From assembly GCA_964631415.1 (NCBI GenBank), contig CAZVZC010000001.1:80260-144259 (forward strand): DNA of 64,000 nt, in the 5' to 3' direction. Position numbers and translations under genes: made by a program. Source of the stretch: an uncultured archaeon (GTDB taxonomy: Archaea > Asgardarchaeota > Thorarchaeia > Thorarchaeales > Thorarchaeaceae). The notes beneath the pieces were generated by a model that saw only the letters and a program-made list of their open reading frames with translations, did no database searches and was not told where the DNA came from. Below are positions 1 through 9,036 of this stretch, one piece after another (positions within the stretch are counted from its first letter, which is position 1; each line of letters begins with the position of its first letter).

Positions 1-93
1 TTGATTACCAATGCTCTTCCGTCGTACTTGCTGCTATGGGTGGTTCTGTGGACTCTGTTCTATGCATTTGTGGTTCCAGTCGGTCTTCTTTAG
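1..93 (+). CDS. 3' end of an ORF truncated by the window edge; hydrophobic TM-like C-terminus
   Basis: Frame +1 is open from base 1 to TAG at 91-93 and translates to LITNALPSYLLLWVVLWTLFYAFVVPVGLL*. No family is assignable. Confidence 0.3.
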   Translation: MITNALPSYLLLWVVLWTLFYAFVVPVGLL

Positions 94-312
94 GGCCTGT
101 GTCCTGTCAGTTCGCTGGCATGAGTGATTTGTTGTGAGAGTATCACCGCCCCAGCGGAAAAGCCTTGTATGATTGATGAAGAGTGGGCCACTCTTCAAGG
201 TCATTTCATTTCACTGGTGGTTGTCACAACAAGTTTCATCTTCATTGCGAGCCTCACAAGCAGGAGAACGGTTGGAACCTCATCAAATCGCAATAAGGGG
301 TGACCCCTAGCC

Positions 313-798
313 ATGGACCAGCTTGACCGGGAACTCATTCGGCTGTTGCAGAAGGACTCTCGTTTGTCCTTCACTAGCATAGCGAAGGAGCTGAAGAAGC
401 CAGACACCACGGTCCATTTCAGAATGCGCAAACTGATCAAAGAAGGAATCGTATCGAGGTTCAGCGCACTTGTGAAACCGGAGGCCTTTGGCTATGGCTG
501 TGCCGGTCTGTTCAGGATTGAGATTGGCGGACACATTCTCCCTGAGATAAGCAAGGAAAGGACCTCCACATTTGCCAGAGAGATAGCTGAAGATGAGTCA
601 TACCTTCTCATAGCGGTTGACGAGGGGCCGATGACGATACACGCTGTCGTCATGGGCGCCAACGATGAGGACATTGAGAAGCGGGCGAATGCGCTCAGGA
701 AATCACCAGATGTAGTCAAGGTCACAGTGACCCGCCTCGATAAGGTAGTGAAGGGCTGGGAGGTCACCGGAAGCCCGTTGGCGGAGAGTAGAACATGA
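313..798 (+). CDS. Lrp/AsnC-family transcriptional regulator
   Basis: N-terminal HTH 'LDRELIRLLQKDSRLSFTSIAKELKKPDTTVHFRMRKLIKEGIV' followed by a RAM-like C-terminal half. 161 aa. The stop overlaps the next start (ATGA at 795-798). Confidence 0.85.
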   Translation: MDQLDRELIRLLQKDSRLSFTSIAKELKKPDTTVHFRMRKLIKEGIVSRFSALVKPEAFGYGCAGLFRIEIGGHILPEISKERTSTFAREIAEDESYLLIAVDEGPMTIHAVVMGANDEDIEKRANALRKSPDVVKVTVTRLDKVVKGWEVTGSPLAESRT

Positions 799-1553
799 CG
801 AGGACAAAGACAGGCATCCCGGGGCTGGATGATCTCATAGGTGGCGGATTTGTCGAGGGGAGTACAATCCTTCTGTCCGGCTGCACGGGCACGGGCAAGA
901 CAATCTTTGGCCTTCAGTTCCTGTACTGCGGGGCGAAACGTTTTGGGGAGCCGGGTATCTTCGTTACACTTGAAACTCGCGCAAGGGAGCTGAGAACCGA
1001 GGCACTCCAGTTTGGCTGGGACCTTCAGGATCTTGAGGATCAGAAGAAGGTCGTCATAATCGATGCTGCATCAAGCAAGGCCGGGCTGCCAACCTCGGAG
1101 AAGTACACTTTGCGGCGCGGGTTCGACATGAGCAGCCTTGCAGAGGAGGTATACCGTGCTGTAGAAGAGATAAAGGCACGGCGGCTGGTGATTGACAGTC
1201 TGTCAGGACTTGGCATCCGGTTCAGCGAGCCTTCAGAGGTCAGGAATGAGCTGTTCAGGATTGGAGCGCTGTTTGGAGAACTCAATGTCACATCTCTGTT
1301 CATAGGGGAAGTGAATGACCCCTCCACCCTCAGCAGGGCGGGGGTTGAGCAATTCGTTTTCCAAGGTCTGATTGTCCTCAGTCTGTCTGAGGTGGAAGGG
1401 ATCCTGCAGAGAGATCTTCTGATATGGAAGATGCGGCAGACCATTCATAGCATGAAGAAGCACCCGTTAGTCATCACAGACAAGGGCATTGAAATAGATG
1501 TTAGCAGATCGGAGCGAAAGAACCCCAGAGCTCATAGGACTGCAAGCAACTGA
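795..1553 (+). CDS. KaiC-like / RecA-superfamily single-domain ATPase
   Basis: 'TGIPGLDDLIGGGF', Walker A 'GCTGTGKT' and Walker B-like 'RRLVIDSLS'. Translationally coupled to the Lrp gene. Confidence 0.8.
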   Translation: MTRTKTGIPGLDDLIGGGFVEGSTILLSGCTGTGKTIFGLQFLYCGAKRFGEPGIFVTLETRARELRTEALQFGWDLQDLEDQKKVVIIDAASSKAGLPTSEKYTLRRGFDMSSLAEEVYRAVEEIKARRLVIDSLSGLGIRFSEPSEVRNELFRIGALFGELNVTSLFIGEVNDPSTLSRAGVEQFVFQGLIVLSLSEVEGILQRDLLIWKMRQTIHSMKKHPLVITDKGIEIDVSRSERKNPRAHRTASN

Positions 1554-2035
1554 GCTGCCGAGTATCCCACAAGCAGGAACGGGATCAAAGGCGGTCTGCT
1601 GCCGGTGGCTTTTCCATTCTTTTCTTGGTTTTTGGAGCGCTGCGAGCAGAGATACCCTCCCAACAACATGACTGACATCTGAAAGCCTGCTGACAACACA
1701 GCCTCGTACAAGGGGCTCCCGATGACTGAGAGTTCTGTGCCCGGACTGATGAGCGCCACTGCGCACAGGAGCTTCACATCCGCTCCTCCCAGTGCCCCGA
1801 GTCTAAAGAGGACATACGATAGCGAGGCAGCAAAGAGTACAGCAGACAGGTGCAGTACGGGCTCAATTAGGAGTCGGCCTGCGAGCAGCGCCACTGCCAG
1901 ACCGGTTATGCAGCACATCACAACGATCCGGTTTGTGACTCTCCGGCTACGGATGTCCATTATACTGCAGAACACAAGAAGAAGCATCATCGTGAGGAAC
2001 ACGACCAGCGATCCAATTGACAGGTCGAGCACCAT
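1532..2035 (-). CDS. A24-family prepilin/prearchaellin signal peptidase (PibD/FlaK-like)
   Basis: Polytopic membrane protein with two catalytic-Asp contexts, 'SIMDIRSRRV' and 'GALGGADVKLL'. Its 3' end overlaps the KaiC-like gene by 22 nt. Confidence 0.7.
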   Translation of the reverse strand: MVLDLSIGSLVVFLTMMLLLVFCSIMDIRSRRVTNRIVVMCCITGLAVALLAGRLLIEPVLHLSAVLFAASLSYVLFRLGALGGADVKLLCAVALISPGTELSVIGSPLYEAVLSAGFQMSVMLLGGYLCSQRSKNQEKNGKATGSRPPLIPFLLVGYSAAQLLAVL

Positions 2036-2232
2036 GTTTTGCTGAGATCTCCTTGTTTGTCTTCACATACAGGTCTTGCCAATATAATCATCCCCTAACT
2101 ACAAGTCTTGCGCTTGTCAGTCTTGGAACGGCAGACAGCAACACAGATTAGGTGGGTATTGAACGCGACAGACCTCGTGTGGGGACATGGCACCCTGAGT
2201 CCTCGCAGACCGACAGAACGGATCTGATCATC

Positions 2233-3117
2233 ATGAAAGACCCATTCCAAGTGATCCATGACTGCGCTGTACGACTGCTCAAGATGGCAGTGACCAAGCT
2301 CCCAAAGGATGTTGAAGCGGCTCTGAGAACTGCTGAGAAAAATGAGGATGACCCGACGGCAAAGACTCAGCTCTCGGCAATCCTATCGAATCTGGAGATT
2401 GCTGGAACTGGCGTACCAATGTGTCAAGACACTGGTGTCATCATCTACTATGTCAAGGTTGGGGACAAGTTTCCCTACTCAGGAATGATTCAAGACGCGC
2501 TCGTGAGAGCCACAAGAAAGGCCACGGAAGAGATACCTTTGCGGCCAAATGCGGTCCATCCAATCACCGGCACCAATTCGGGCGACAATACAGGTGAGAA
2601 GATTCCTTGGATCAACTGGGAGGTTGTGCCCGGCGACTCTGTTGAGATTACTGTGTTTCCGAAGGGTGGTGGCAGTGAGAACGTGTCAATCGTGGGGATG
2701 CTCAAACCTGGAGTTGGCCTGTCTGGAGTGAAGAAGCTGATAGTGGACAATGCGATGAAGTACATGGGTGAGGCCTGCTCGCCAAACATAATCGGTGTAG
2801 GAATAGGTGGGGGTGCCGATATAGCTATCAAGATTGCCAAGCAGCAGCTCCTCAGGCCTTTAGATGACACTCATCCCGAGCCCGCAGTCGCTAAGCTTGA
2901 GAAGGATCTGATGGAAGCTCTCAATATGACGGGGATTGGGCCTATGGGCCTAGGAGGCAAGACAACTGTGCTCGGCGTGAAGATTGGATATGCAATGCGT
3001 CACCCCGCAAGCCTCCCTGTTGGAATTGCAGTTCAATGTTGGGCTGCGCGAAGGAGCACAGCGGTCATCTCAAAAGACTTGAAGATTGAGTATCTGACAC
3101 ACCCAGGAGGCAAGTGA
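2233..3117 (+). CDS. fumA: Class I (Fe-S) fumarate hydratase, alpha subunit
   Basis: 'PMCQDTGV' and 'PKGGGSEN' motifs. I place the start at ATG 2233 (MKDPFQ). The tracked ORF begins at GTG 2152 with an unlikely Arg/Pro-rich extension. Confidence 0.85.
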   Translation: MKDPFQVIHDCAVRLLKMAVTKLPKDVEAALRTAEKNEDDPTAKTQLSAILSNLEIAGTGVPMCQDTGVIIYYVKVGDKFPYSGMIQDALVRATRKATEEIPLRPNAVHPITGTNSGDNTGEKIPWINWEVVPGDSVEITVFPKGGGSENVSIVGMLKPGVGLSGVKKLIVDNAMKYMGEACSPNIIGVGIGGGADIAIKIAKQQLLRPLDDTHPEPAVAKLEKDLMEALNMTGIGPMGLGGKTTVLGVKIGYAMRHPASLPVGIAVQCWAARRSTAVISKDLKIEYLTHPGGK

Positions 3118-3118
3118 A

Positions 3119-3727
3119 ATGGCCGAGTATCATCTCACCACACCCATCTCAGAGGCGGACGCCAGAAAACTGAAGGTCGGCGACATCGTATACGTCTCAG
3201 GTGAGCACGTCTACACTGCCCGTGACGCGGCACACGAGCGCGCCTTGGAACTTCTGAAGAAAGGCGAGAAGCCGCCTGTTGACTTCAATGGAAGCGTTGT
3301 ATATCATGTAGGCCCGGTCGCATGGAAGAAGGCAGGCAAGTGGCAGATCGTGTCGGCAGGTCCAACGACAAGCACCCGGATGGAGCTGTTTGAGGACGAG
3401 TTCCTGCGCGGGTACAAGGCTAGGATAATAGTTGGCAAGGGTGGAATGGGTCCGAAGACGCTTGCGGCGCTGAAAGAGGTCGGCGCTGTATACTGCAGCT
3501 ACACAGGTGGTTGTGGGGCACTTGCAGCCAAGGGTCTAAAGGAGGTCAGAGCTTACGAGTGGCAGGACCTAGGGATGCCCGAGGCTCTCTGGGTGATAAC
3601 TGCTCAGGATTTCGGTCCGCTCCTTGTGACAATGGACTCACATGGCAACAGCCTGCACGATGTGGTTTCAAAGAAGGTCGAGGCGAGGAAGGCCGAGGTC
3701 TATGCGAAAATCGGCGTCAAGCCCTAG
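3119..3727 (+). CDS. fumB: Class I fumarate hydratase, beta subunit
   Basis: 'IIVGKGGMG' and 'YSYTGGCGAL' type motifs. AGGAGG lies 8 nt upstream of the ATG and the gene starts 1 nt after the alpha-subunit stop. Confidence 0.85.
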   Translation: MAEYHLTTPISEADARKLKVGDIVYVSGEHVYTARDAAHERALELLKKGEKPPVDFNGSVVYHVGPVAWKKAGKWQIVSAGPTTSTRMELFEDEFLRGYKARIIVGKGGMGPKTLAALKEVGAVYCSYTGGCGALAAKGLKEVRAYEWQDLGMPEALWVITAQDFGPLLVTMDSHGNSLHDVVSKKVEARKAEVYAKIGVKP

Positions 3728-4149
3728 GCTGACTCTGCCTACAGTTCACGGTAACTAACTGGGTCGCCCTCATTCCCTCTGCAAGACGCAGAAGCCCTCT
3801 CAAACCCCATCTCAGACTAGTGACTCAGGTCCGTAGCGCACCTATGATTGGCACGGTTATGCCATAAACCGTGACGATGATCAAGACGAGTAGCGCTATG
3901 ACCATGAGGACATCCTCGGTGTCCATGGTTGAGCACCCCAAATTCTGTTTTTGCTTTTCTTCGAAGCCATTTAGAGGTAAGGTGTCTGTAATTTTCTCAC
4001 GAGAGTTTGGCGCCAAACGGCTAAAACCACGATGTTCTCCGCAATGGTGGGAGGCAGAGGACACCAAGTCACTGAACAGCAAGGTATAAACGGAGCCCAA
4101 CGAGCGACCCGGCGCAAGGCGAGGAAACCTCTCTTCAGGAGGACTGTGC

Positions 4150-5838
4150 TTGGACTACAAGACAATTGTCTGCGATGTTCTGGTTGTTGGCGCCGGCGGG
4201 GCAGGTTGTCGTGCTGCAATAGAGGCAGCCAAGAACAACCTAGACGTTGTGATGCTAAGTAAGGAGCTTCTCGGTAAGGCTCACACCTCCATGGCTGAGG
4301 GTGGCTACAATGTTGCCATCGGGAATGTAGACCCGGCAGACAACATCGACACCCACTTCAAGGACACAATTGTAGGTGGCAACTACCTCAACAACCAGCG
4401 ACTTGTTGAGGTTCTGGTGAGAGACGCGCCCGAGAGGATCTACGACCTCGAAGAGTTCGGTGCTGTCTTTGATAGGACTCCTGAGGGAAAAATCGCTCAG
4501 AGAGCCTTCGGCAAGCAGACGTGGCGCAGGACGGCTTATGCCTCGGACAGGACTGGGTCAGAGATAATGGTCACTCTGACTGAGGCAATCAGGAAAACCT
4601 CTGTGAGAGTGTTCGACGAGATTTTCGCCACAAGACTGCTCCTGACTGATGGCAGAGTTGCTGGTGTGGCTGCCATTGACTTGAAGTATGGCGACTACCT
4701 CATATTTCGAGCGAATTCGGTAGTGCTGGCCACAGGTGGAGCAGGCCGCATCTACAAGGTCACGAGCAATGCTCAGCTCGATGTAGGTGACGGGTATGCG
4801 ATGGCATACGAGGCAGGCTGTGAGATGGTGGACATGGAACATGTACAGTTCCACCCGACAGGCCAAGTCAAACCTGAGTCTGCCCGTGGGCGGCTTGTCA
4901 CAGAGGCAGTACGTGGAGAGGGCGGAATCCTGCTCAACAACCGTGGCGAGCGCTTCATGCTCAAGTATTATCCTGAAGTGATTGAGCTCGCTGGTCGTGA
5001 TCAGGTCACACGCTCCATCATGACCGAGATAATGCAAGGGAGAGGGACTCCTGACGGGGGTGTCTATCTGAGTCTTGCTCACCTCCCGCGGTCTATCATT
5101 GACTTCCGACTTGAGAGCATGGTCGAGCAGTTTGCAGACGCTGGTGTCGACATTCATGAGGAACCCATGGTGGTTTCTCCGACGGCCCACCATTTCATGG
5201 GTGGCATCAAGATTAACGAGGAGGCAGCAACGAACATCCCTGGCTTGTATGCAGCAGGTGAGTGTACTGGAGGCGTGCATGGCGGCAACAGGCTCGGTGG
5301 AAATGCCCTGGCAGACACTCAGGTCTTCGGCGCGATTGCCGGAGCGAACGCAGCAAAGTTCGCCAAGAGCAAGAGTCTGCCCGGTTTCAATAGGGACGAG
5401 GCCATGAAGGAGTTCGATCGGCTTGAGGCAATGCTGCACAGGAAAGAGGGGACCTCGCCCGCAGATGCTAGAGCGAAGCTCACTGAGCTGATGTGGGAGA
5501 AGGTACAGATATTCAGGAATGAGAAAGACATGGCCTACGCAGTCCAAGAGCTCAGGCGCATGGAAAAGGAGATCGTGCCGAAGATCAAGGTGGATGTGCA
5601 GGTGAAGAGGTTCAATCCTGGCTGGCATCAGGCTATCGAGTTTGGGCACATGGTGACGACAGCTAGGATGGTCGCCGAGGCCGCTCTCCTAAGAAAGGGC
5701 AGCAGAGGGGCGCACTTCCGGACTGACGCTGACCCCAATGATAAGGGCTATTACAATATAGTCATTCGCAAGGGCGCTGACGGGCAGATGGAGTTGAGAA
5801 AGGACCCGCTTGTGATAACCAAGATCACGCCACCATGA
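4150..5838 (+). CDS. tfrA: Fumarate reductase/succinate dehydrogenase flavoprotein subunit (TfrA-like)
   Basis: FAD fold 'DVLVVGAGGAGCRAAIEAA', 'VQFHPTG', 'RGEGGIL' and 'GECTGGVHGGNRLGGNAL'. The start must be TTG 4150 because the GxGxxG motif precedes the first ATG. Confidence 0.9.
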   Translation: MDYKTIVCDVLVVGAGGAGCRAAIEAAKNNLDVVMLSKELLGKAHTSMAEGGYNVAIGNVDPADNIDTHFKDTIVGGNYLNNQRLVEVLVRDAPERIYDLEEFGAVFDRTPEGKIAQRAFGKQTWRRTAYASDRTGSEIMVTLTEAIRKTSVRVFDEIFATRLLLTDGRVAGVAAIDLKYGDYLIFRANSVVLATGGAGRIYKVTSNAQLDVGDGYAMAYEAGCEMVDMEHVQFHPTGQVKPESARGRLVTEAVRGEGGILLNNRGERFMLKYYPEVIELAGRDQVTRSIMTEIMQGRGTPDGGVYLSLAHLPRSIIDFRLESMVEQFADAGVDIHEEPMVVSPTAHHFMGGIKINEEAATNIPGLYAAGECTGGVHGGNRLGGNALADTQVFGAIAGANAAKFAKSKSLPGFNRDEAMKEFDRLEAMLHRKEGTSPADARAKLTELMWEKVQIFRNEKDMAYAVQELRRMEKEIVPKIKVDVQVKRFNPGWHQAIEFGHMVTTARMVAEAALLRKGSRGAHFRTDADPNDKGYYNIVIRKGADGQMELRKDPLVITKITPP

Positions 5839-7430
5839 AGGAGGACACAACAATGGCGACCAAGACTTTCAAGACAAGCGTCCAGAGATACAACCCAGAC
5901 ATTGACGATGCCCCACACTCCCAAGAGTTTGACGTGGAGTATGAACCGGGCATGACAGTCCTCGACGCGCTCCTATACATACAGGACAAGTATGACTCTA
6001 GCCTTGCTTTCCGCTGGGAATGCAGAGGTGGTCAGTGTGGCTCTTGTGCGGTAAAGGTCAACGGGACTGCAAGAATCGCCTGCAGGACGAAGGTCGACCC
6101 TGACCAAACACTGAGCCTTGGACCGATGGAGAAGATGCCCATCATCAAGGACCTTGTTGTTGATCTTGCACAGACATCAATCAGGATTCGGCGGATTCGA
6201 CCCTATGTCGCTCGAGACAAGCCTGCGCCGAGACCGGAGATAATCCATGCAGAGGATATTGAGAAGCTCCGGGAAATCCGCAAGTGCATAGAGTGTTCGG
6301 CATGTCTGTCAAATTGCCCGATCGTCCACGAAACTTGGGATTATCCGGGTCCGATGATTATACGACAGATTGCCCGTCTGGAACTCGACCCACGTGATGT
6401 GGAAGACCGTGTCGCCATGGCGATGAACGAGTCTGTCTACAGCTGTACGACCTGCAAGATGTGCGAGGACATCTGTCCAAAGAAAATCAGAATCCCAAGT
6501 CTTGCTGTCGAGCTCCTTCGTGCAAAGGCTGTGGCAGCTGGTTATCCTCTGGCTGAGGGCCAGCAGGCGTTCATCGACGCGATCAAGGCCACGGGTAGGT
6601 CGGTGCCTGAGAAGGAGGCACCTCTACTGAAGAGCATAGGCACAGAGGAATTCCTGGTCAAGAAGTCACGCGGCCGTGTCGCCTTCTTCACCGGCTGTCT
6701 GATTGACTACAGGATGCAAAACACTGGGAGGGCACTCATCGAGGTTCTGAACCGAAACAACGTCGATGTCATCGTTCCGAAGGAGCAGTGGTGCTGCGCA
6801 AGCCCCGCTTTCAGGACTGGGGACCTTTATACCGCCAAGGAGGCAGCCAAGAGGGTCACAGAGATCTTTGAGAAGGTCATGGAAAAGTACAAGCTGGACA
6901 CAGTCGTAGTCGCTTGTGCGGGGTGTGGCAAGACACTGCGCGAGGATCATCGCCCAATGGTCGAGGAGATGCGCGGTGAGCCACCGAAATTCAAGGTCTA
7001 TGATCTCGCAGAGTACATGCTTGATGTGATTGGCAAGGACAGCATAGTCCGACCTAAGGGCGAACTGAGGATTAAGGTGACCTATCACGAGCCATGCCAT
7101 TTGGGCCGCGGGCAGGGAGTCGTGTGGCAGCCCATCGAACTGCTCAAGATGATTCCCGGGCTTGAGTACATTGACGACCCGTACAAGAACCGTTGCTGTG
7201 GTGCAGGCGGTGGCGTACGTGCCGGGAAGCGCGAATTGTCAATGAAGATTGCGACTACAAAGAGAGAGTACATCGAAGCGACGGGGGCCCAGATGGTTGC
7301 GACAGAGTGCCCGTTCTGTACTATTCAGATTACGGACATTCTGAAAGGTACACCTATAGAAACCAGATACATCCCCGATCTGTTGGCGGAGTCGTACAGG
7401 AAGGGCGACTCAAAGAAAGTGAAGAAGTAG
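5835..7430 (+). CDS. tfrB: Fumarate reductase Fe-S subunit fused to an HdrD/GlpC-like double CCG domain (TfrB-like)
   Basis: 2Fe-2S motif 'CRGGQCGSCAV', 'CIECSACLSNCP' and 'CTTCKMCEDICP'. These are followed by two CCG-type Cys motifs, 'WCCASP' and 'NRCCGAGGG...ECPFC'. ATGA overlap with tfrA. Confidence 0.8.
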   Translation: MKEDTTMATKTFKTSVQRYNPDIDDAPHSQEFDVEYEPGMTVLDALLYIQDKYDSSLAFRWECRGGQCGSCAVKVNGTARIACRTKVDPDQTLSLGPMEKMPIIKDLVVDLAQTSIRIRRIRPYVARDKPAPRPEIIHAEDIEKLREIRKCIECSACLSNCPIVHETWDYPGPMIIRQIARLELDPRDVEDRVAMAMNESVYSCTTCKMCEDICPKKIRIPSLAVELLRAKAVAAGYPLAEGQQAFIDAIKATGRSVPEKEAPLLKSIGTEEFLVKKSRGRVAFFTGCLIDYRMQNTGRALIEVLNRNNVDVIVPKEQWCCASPAFRTGDLYTAKEAAKRVTEIFEKVMEKYKLDTVVVACAGCGKTLREDHRPMVEEMRGEPPKFKVYDLAEYMLDVIGKDSIVRPKGELRIKVTYHEPCHLGRGQGVVWQPIELLKMIPGLEYIDDPYKNRCCGAGGGVRAGKRELSMKIATTKREYIEATGAQMVATECPFCTIQITDILKGTPIETRYIPDLLAESYRKGDSKKVKK

Positions 7431-7695
7431 CATCGTTTCCTTCCTGATTTGCTGACGACATCAGTCTGTGGCTTCCTGTGAGTCGCCAATCCTAGCTGGA
7501 CAGTGTAGTACGGGTTTTCGGATATCCATTGTCAATTAGATGGACTCATGGTTTCTCGAACCATCTAATACACAATCGGACCAAACCACCAACATATCGG
7601 TTTGACGCTTCAAAGAATCCATAAAACTTCAAACGGCCAAGAGAGGCCATGTAAAGGCAATTCACCATCATCAGGTTCCATCACAATCAAGTTTC

Positions 7696-7703
7696 ATTAT
7701 ATA
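7696..7703 (+). promoter_or_regulatory. TATA-box candidate for the 7738 gene
   Basis: ATTATATA lies about 38 nt upstream of the TTG start, which implies a very short leader. Confidence 0.45.
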
Positions 7704-7737
7704 CTCGCATTCCGCGAGCGGCAGTCGGCGATCTTCC

Positions 7738-8925
7738 TTGAAGACACGAACAACATTACTATTCGGAGCGTTTCTCCTTTCTGTGCTTTTGGGACCACTA
7801 ACGATTGCAGCGAATGCCCAGAACCTTGACTCGGGTTACCAGCAGAATCAAGGTTCACAAATGGGGCCGGGTGGACCACCAGAGCAGCACAGAGGTAGCG
7901 ACGGAAGCGTCTGGATAAACACGGACATAATCACGATAATGGCCAATGATGAGTTCCCAATGCTCCACTTCTGGTACACGTCTGATGACAATGGTACTCG
8001 TGCCAAGTTCATGATCTCCTATACCACAATTGTTGAGTTTCAAGACCTCAATGGCGATGGAGCCTTCCAGTCCGATGAGCGTCTTTACTTTGCTCCCCTC
8101 GCTGCATATGATTGGACTGTGACGACTGGTGCAGTCGAAGACAACGGTACTACAACTGAGGTCTGGCTGAAGTACACGAAGGGTGGCATACGCAGTGGAA
8201 ACATGATACCAGGGGCACCCATGTATGGCATGCATGATAATGACTCAGTCCAGCGGTTCGAGGATGTCACGCTGCAGATTTGGGCGCACATATACCTCAC
8301 AGACTACACCGGTAATGTCACGGACGATCATGGTGTAAAGGCCAACTACACCGTGGCTGGCGGGTCGGAGCTGAAGATGGACATTAAGATTGGCAATTTC
8401 CCATTCAGCACTGAAACCTCTGGTGTAGCGATTCAGACAATGCTGAGGGAAAACGAGGCTCCCGGCAACCACGACATGTACCATCACCGGTTCCAGACCC
8501 ACGAGAGGCTTCGTAACGTCAACATGACCTCCGACATGAACTGGAACACCGGGGACGGGAACGAGTCCATGTTCGAGAGGATGAATGGCACTGATGTTCA
8601 GCGCATTCAGTTCATGGATGACATGTCGGACGTTGCGCAGGGTTTCTTCAGCTGGGTGGATCAGGCAGTGATAACTTGGCCCGGAGGAGCAACCGAGGCG
8701 GTCAACGTTACAGCCTCCTACATGCCCACGGGAATGGGTGTGGCTGTCTACTTGGCCTACCCCAACTTCGACAACGGCACACTGACCCACGATCCATCGA
8801 TAGGCCTGTATGAGAGCGGAGTTCCCACTAATACACTGTCCATCGACATGCCCGTTGTCCTTGGGATTGGGTTGCTGGCTGCAGTTGCCATTGCCGTAGT
8901 CGTTCTCCGGAGAAAACAGTGGTGA
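7738..8925 (+). CDS. Secreted, C-terminally membrane-anchored protein with many N-glycosylation sequons (surface glycoprotein candidate)
   Basis: Signal peptide 'MKTRTTLLFGAFLLSVLLGPLTIAANAQ' and C-terminal TM plus basic stop-transfer 'VVLGIGLLAAVAIAVVVLRRKQW'. At least 9 N-x-S/T sequons and a 'DLNGDGAF' Ca-loop-like motif. TTG start. Confidence 0.6.
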   Translation: MKTRTTLLFGAFLLSVLLGPLTIAANAQNLDSGYQQNQGSQMGPGGPPEQHRGSDGSVWINTDIITIMANDEFPMLHFWYTSDDNGTRAKFMISYTTIVEFQDLNGDGAFQSDERLYFAPLAAYDWTVTTGAVEDNGTTTEVWLKYTKGGIRSGNMIPGAPMYGMHDNDSVQRFEDVTLQIWAHIYLTDYTGNVTDDHGVKANYTVAGGSELKMDIKIGNFPFSTETSGVAIQTMLRENEAPGNHDMYHHRFQTHERLRNVNMTSDMNWNTGDGNESMFERMNGTDVQRIQFMDDMSDVAQGFFSWVDQAVITWPGGATEAVNVTASYMPTGMGVAVYLAYPNFDNGTLTHDPSIGLYESGVPTNTLSIDMPVVLGIGLLAAVAIAVVVLRRKQW

Positions 8926-8930
8926 GTAGC

Positions 8931-8964
8931 GTAGTGGACACAGTCCACTACCATTTTTCTTCTT
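8931..8964 (+). terminator. Hairpin plus T-tract terminator candidate
   Basis: Perfect 9-bp stem GTAGTGGAC-ACA-GTCCACTAC starts 6 nt after the stop codon and is followed by CATTTTTCTTCTT. Confidence 0.6.
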
Positions 8965-9036
8965 AACAGAACAATCTTATGGACATAGCAAAATGGAAGG
9001 TACACCTCAGAACCAATAGACATGAAACGATGGTGA

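Noticed and set aside
2152-2232. GTG-initiated 27-codon extension of fumA
   Set aside because: The extension is Arg/Pro/Asp-rich and unlike fumarase N-termini. ATG 2233 gives the canonical start.
4558-5649. 363-aa ORF antisense to tfrA
   Set aside because: It has no motifs and a Leu/Arg/His-rich shadow-frame composition. The sense strand encodes a complete flavoprotein.
7536-7568. Nested inverted repeat TTAGATGG..ATGGTT-TCTCG-AACCATCTAA downstream of tfrB
   Set aside because: Arms of 6-8 bp with variable spacers are expected by chance many times in 64 kb. There is no T-tract and no positional logic.
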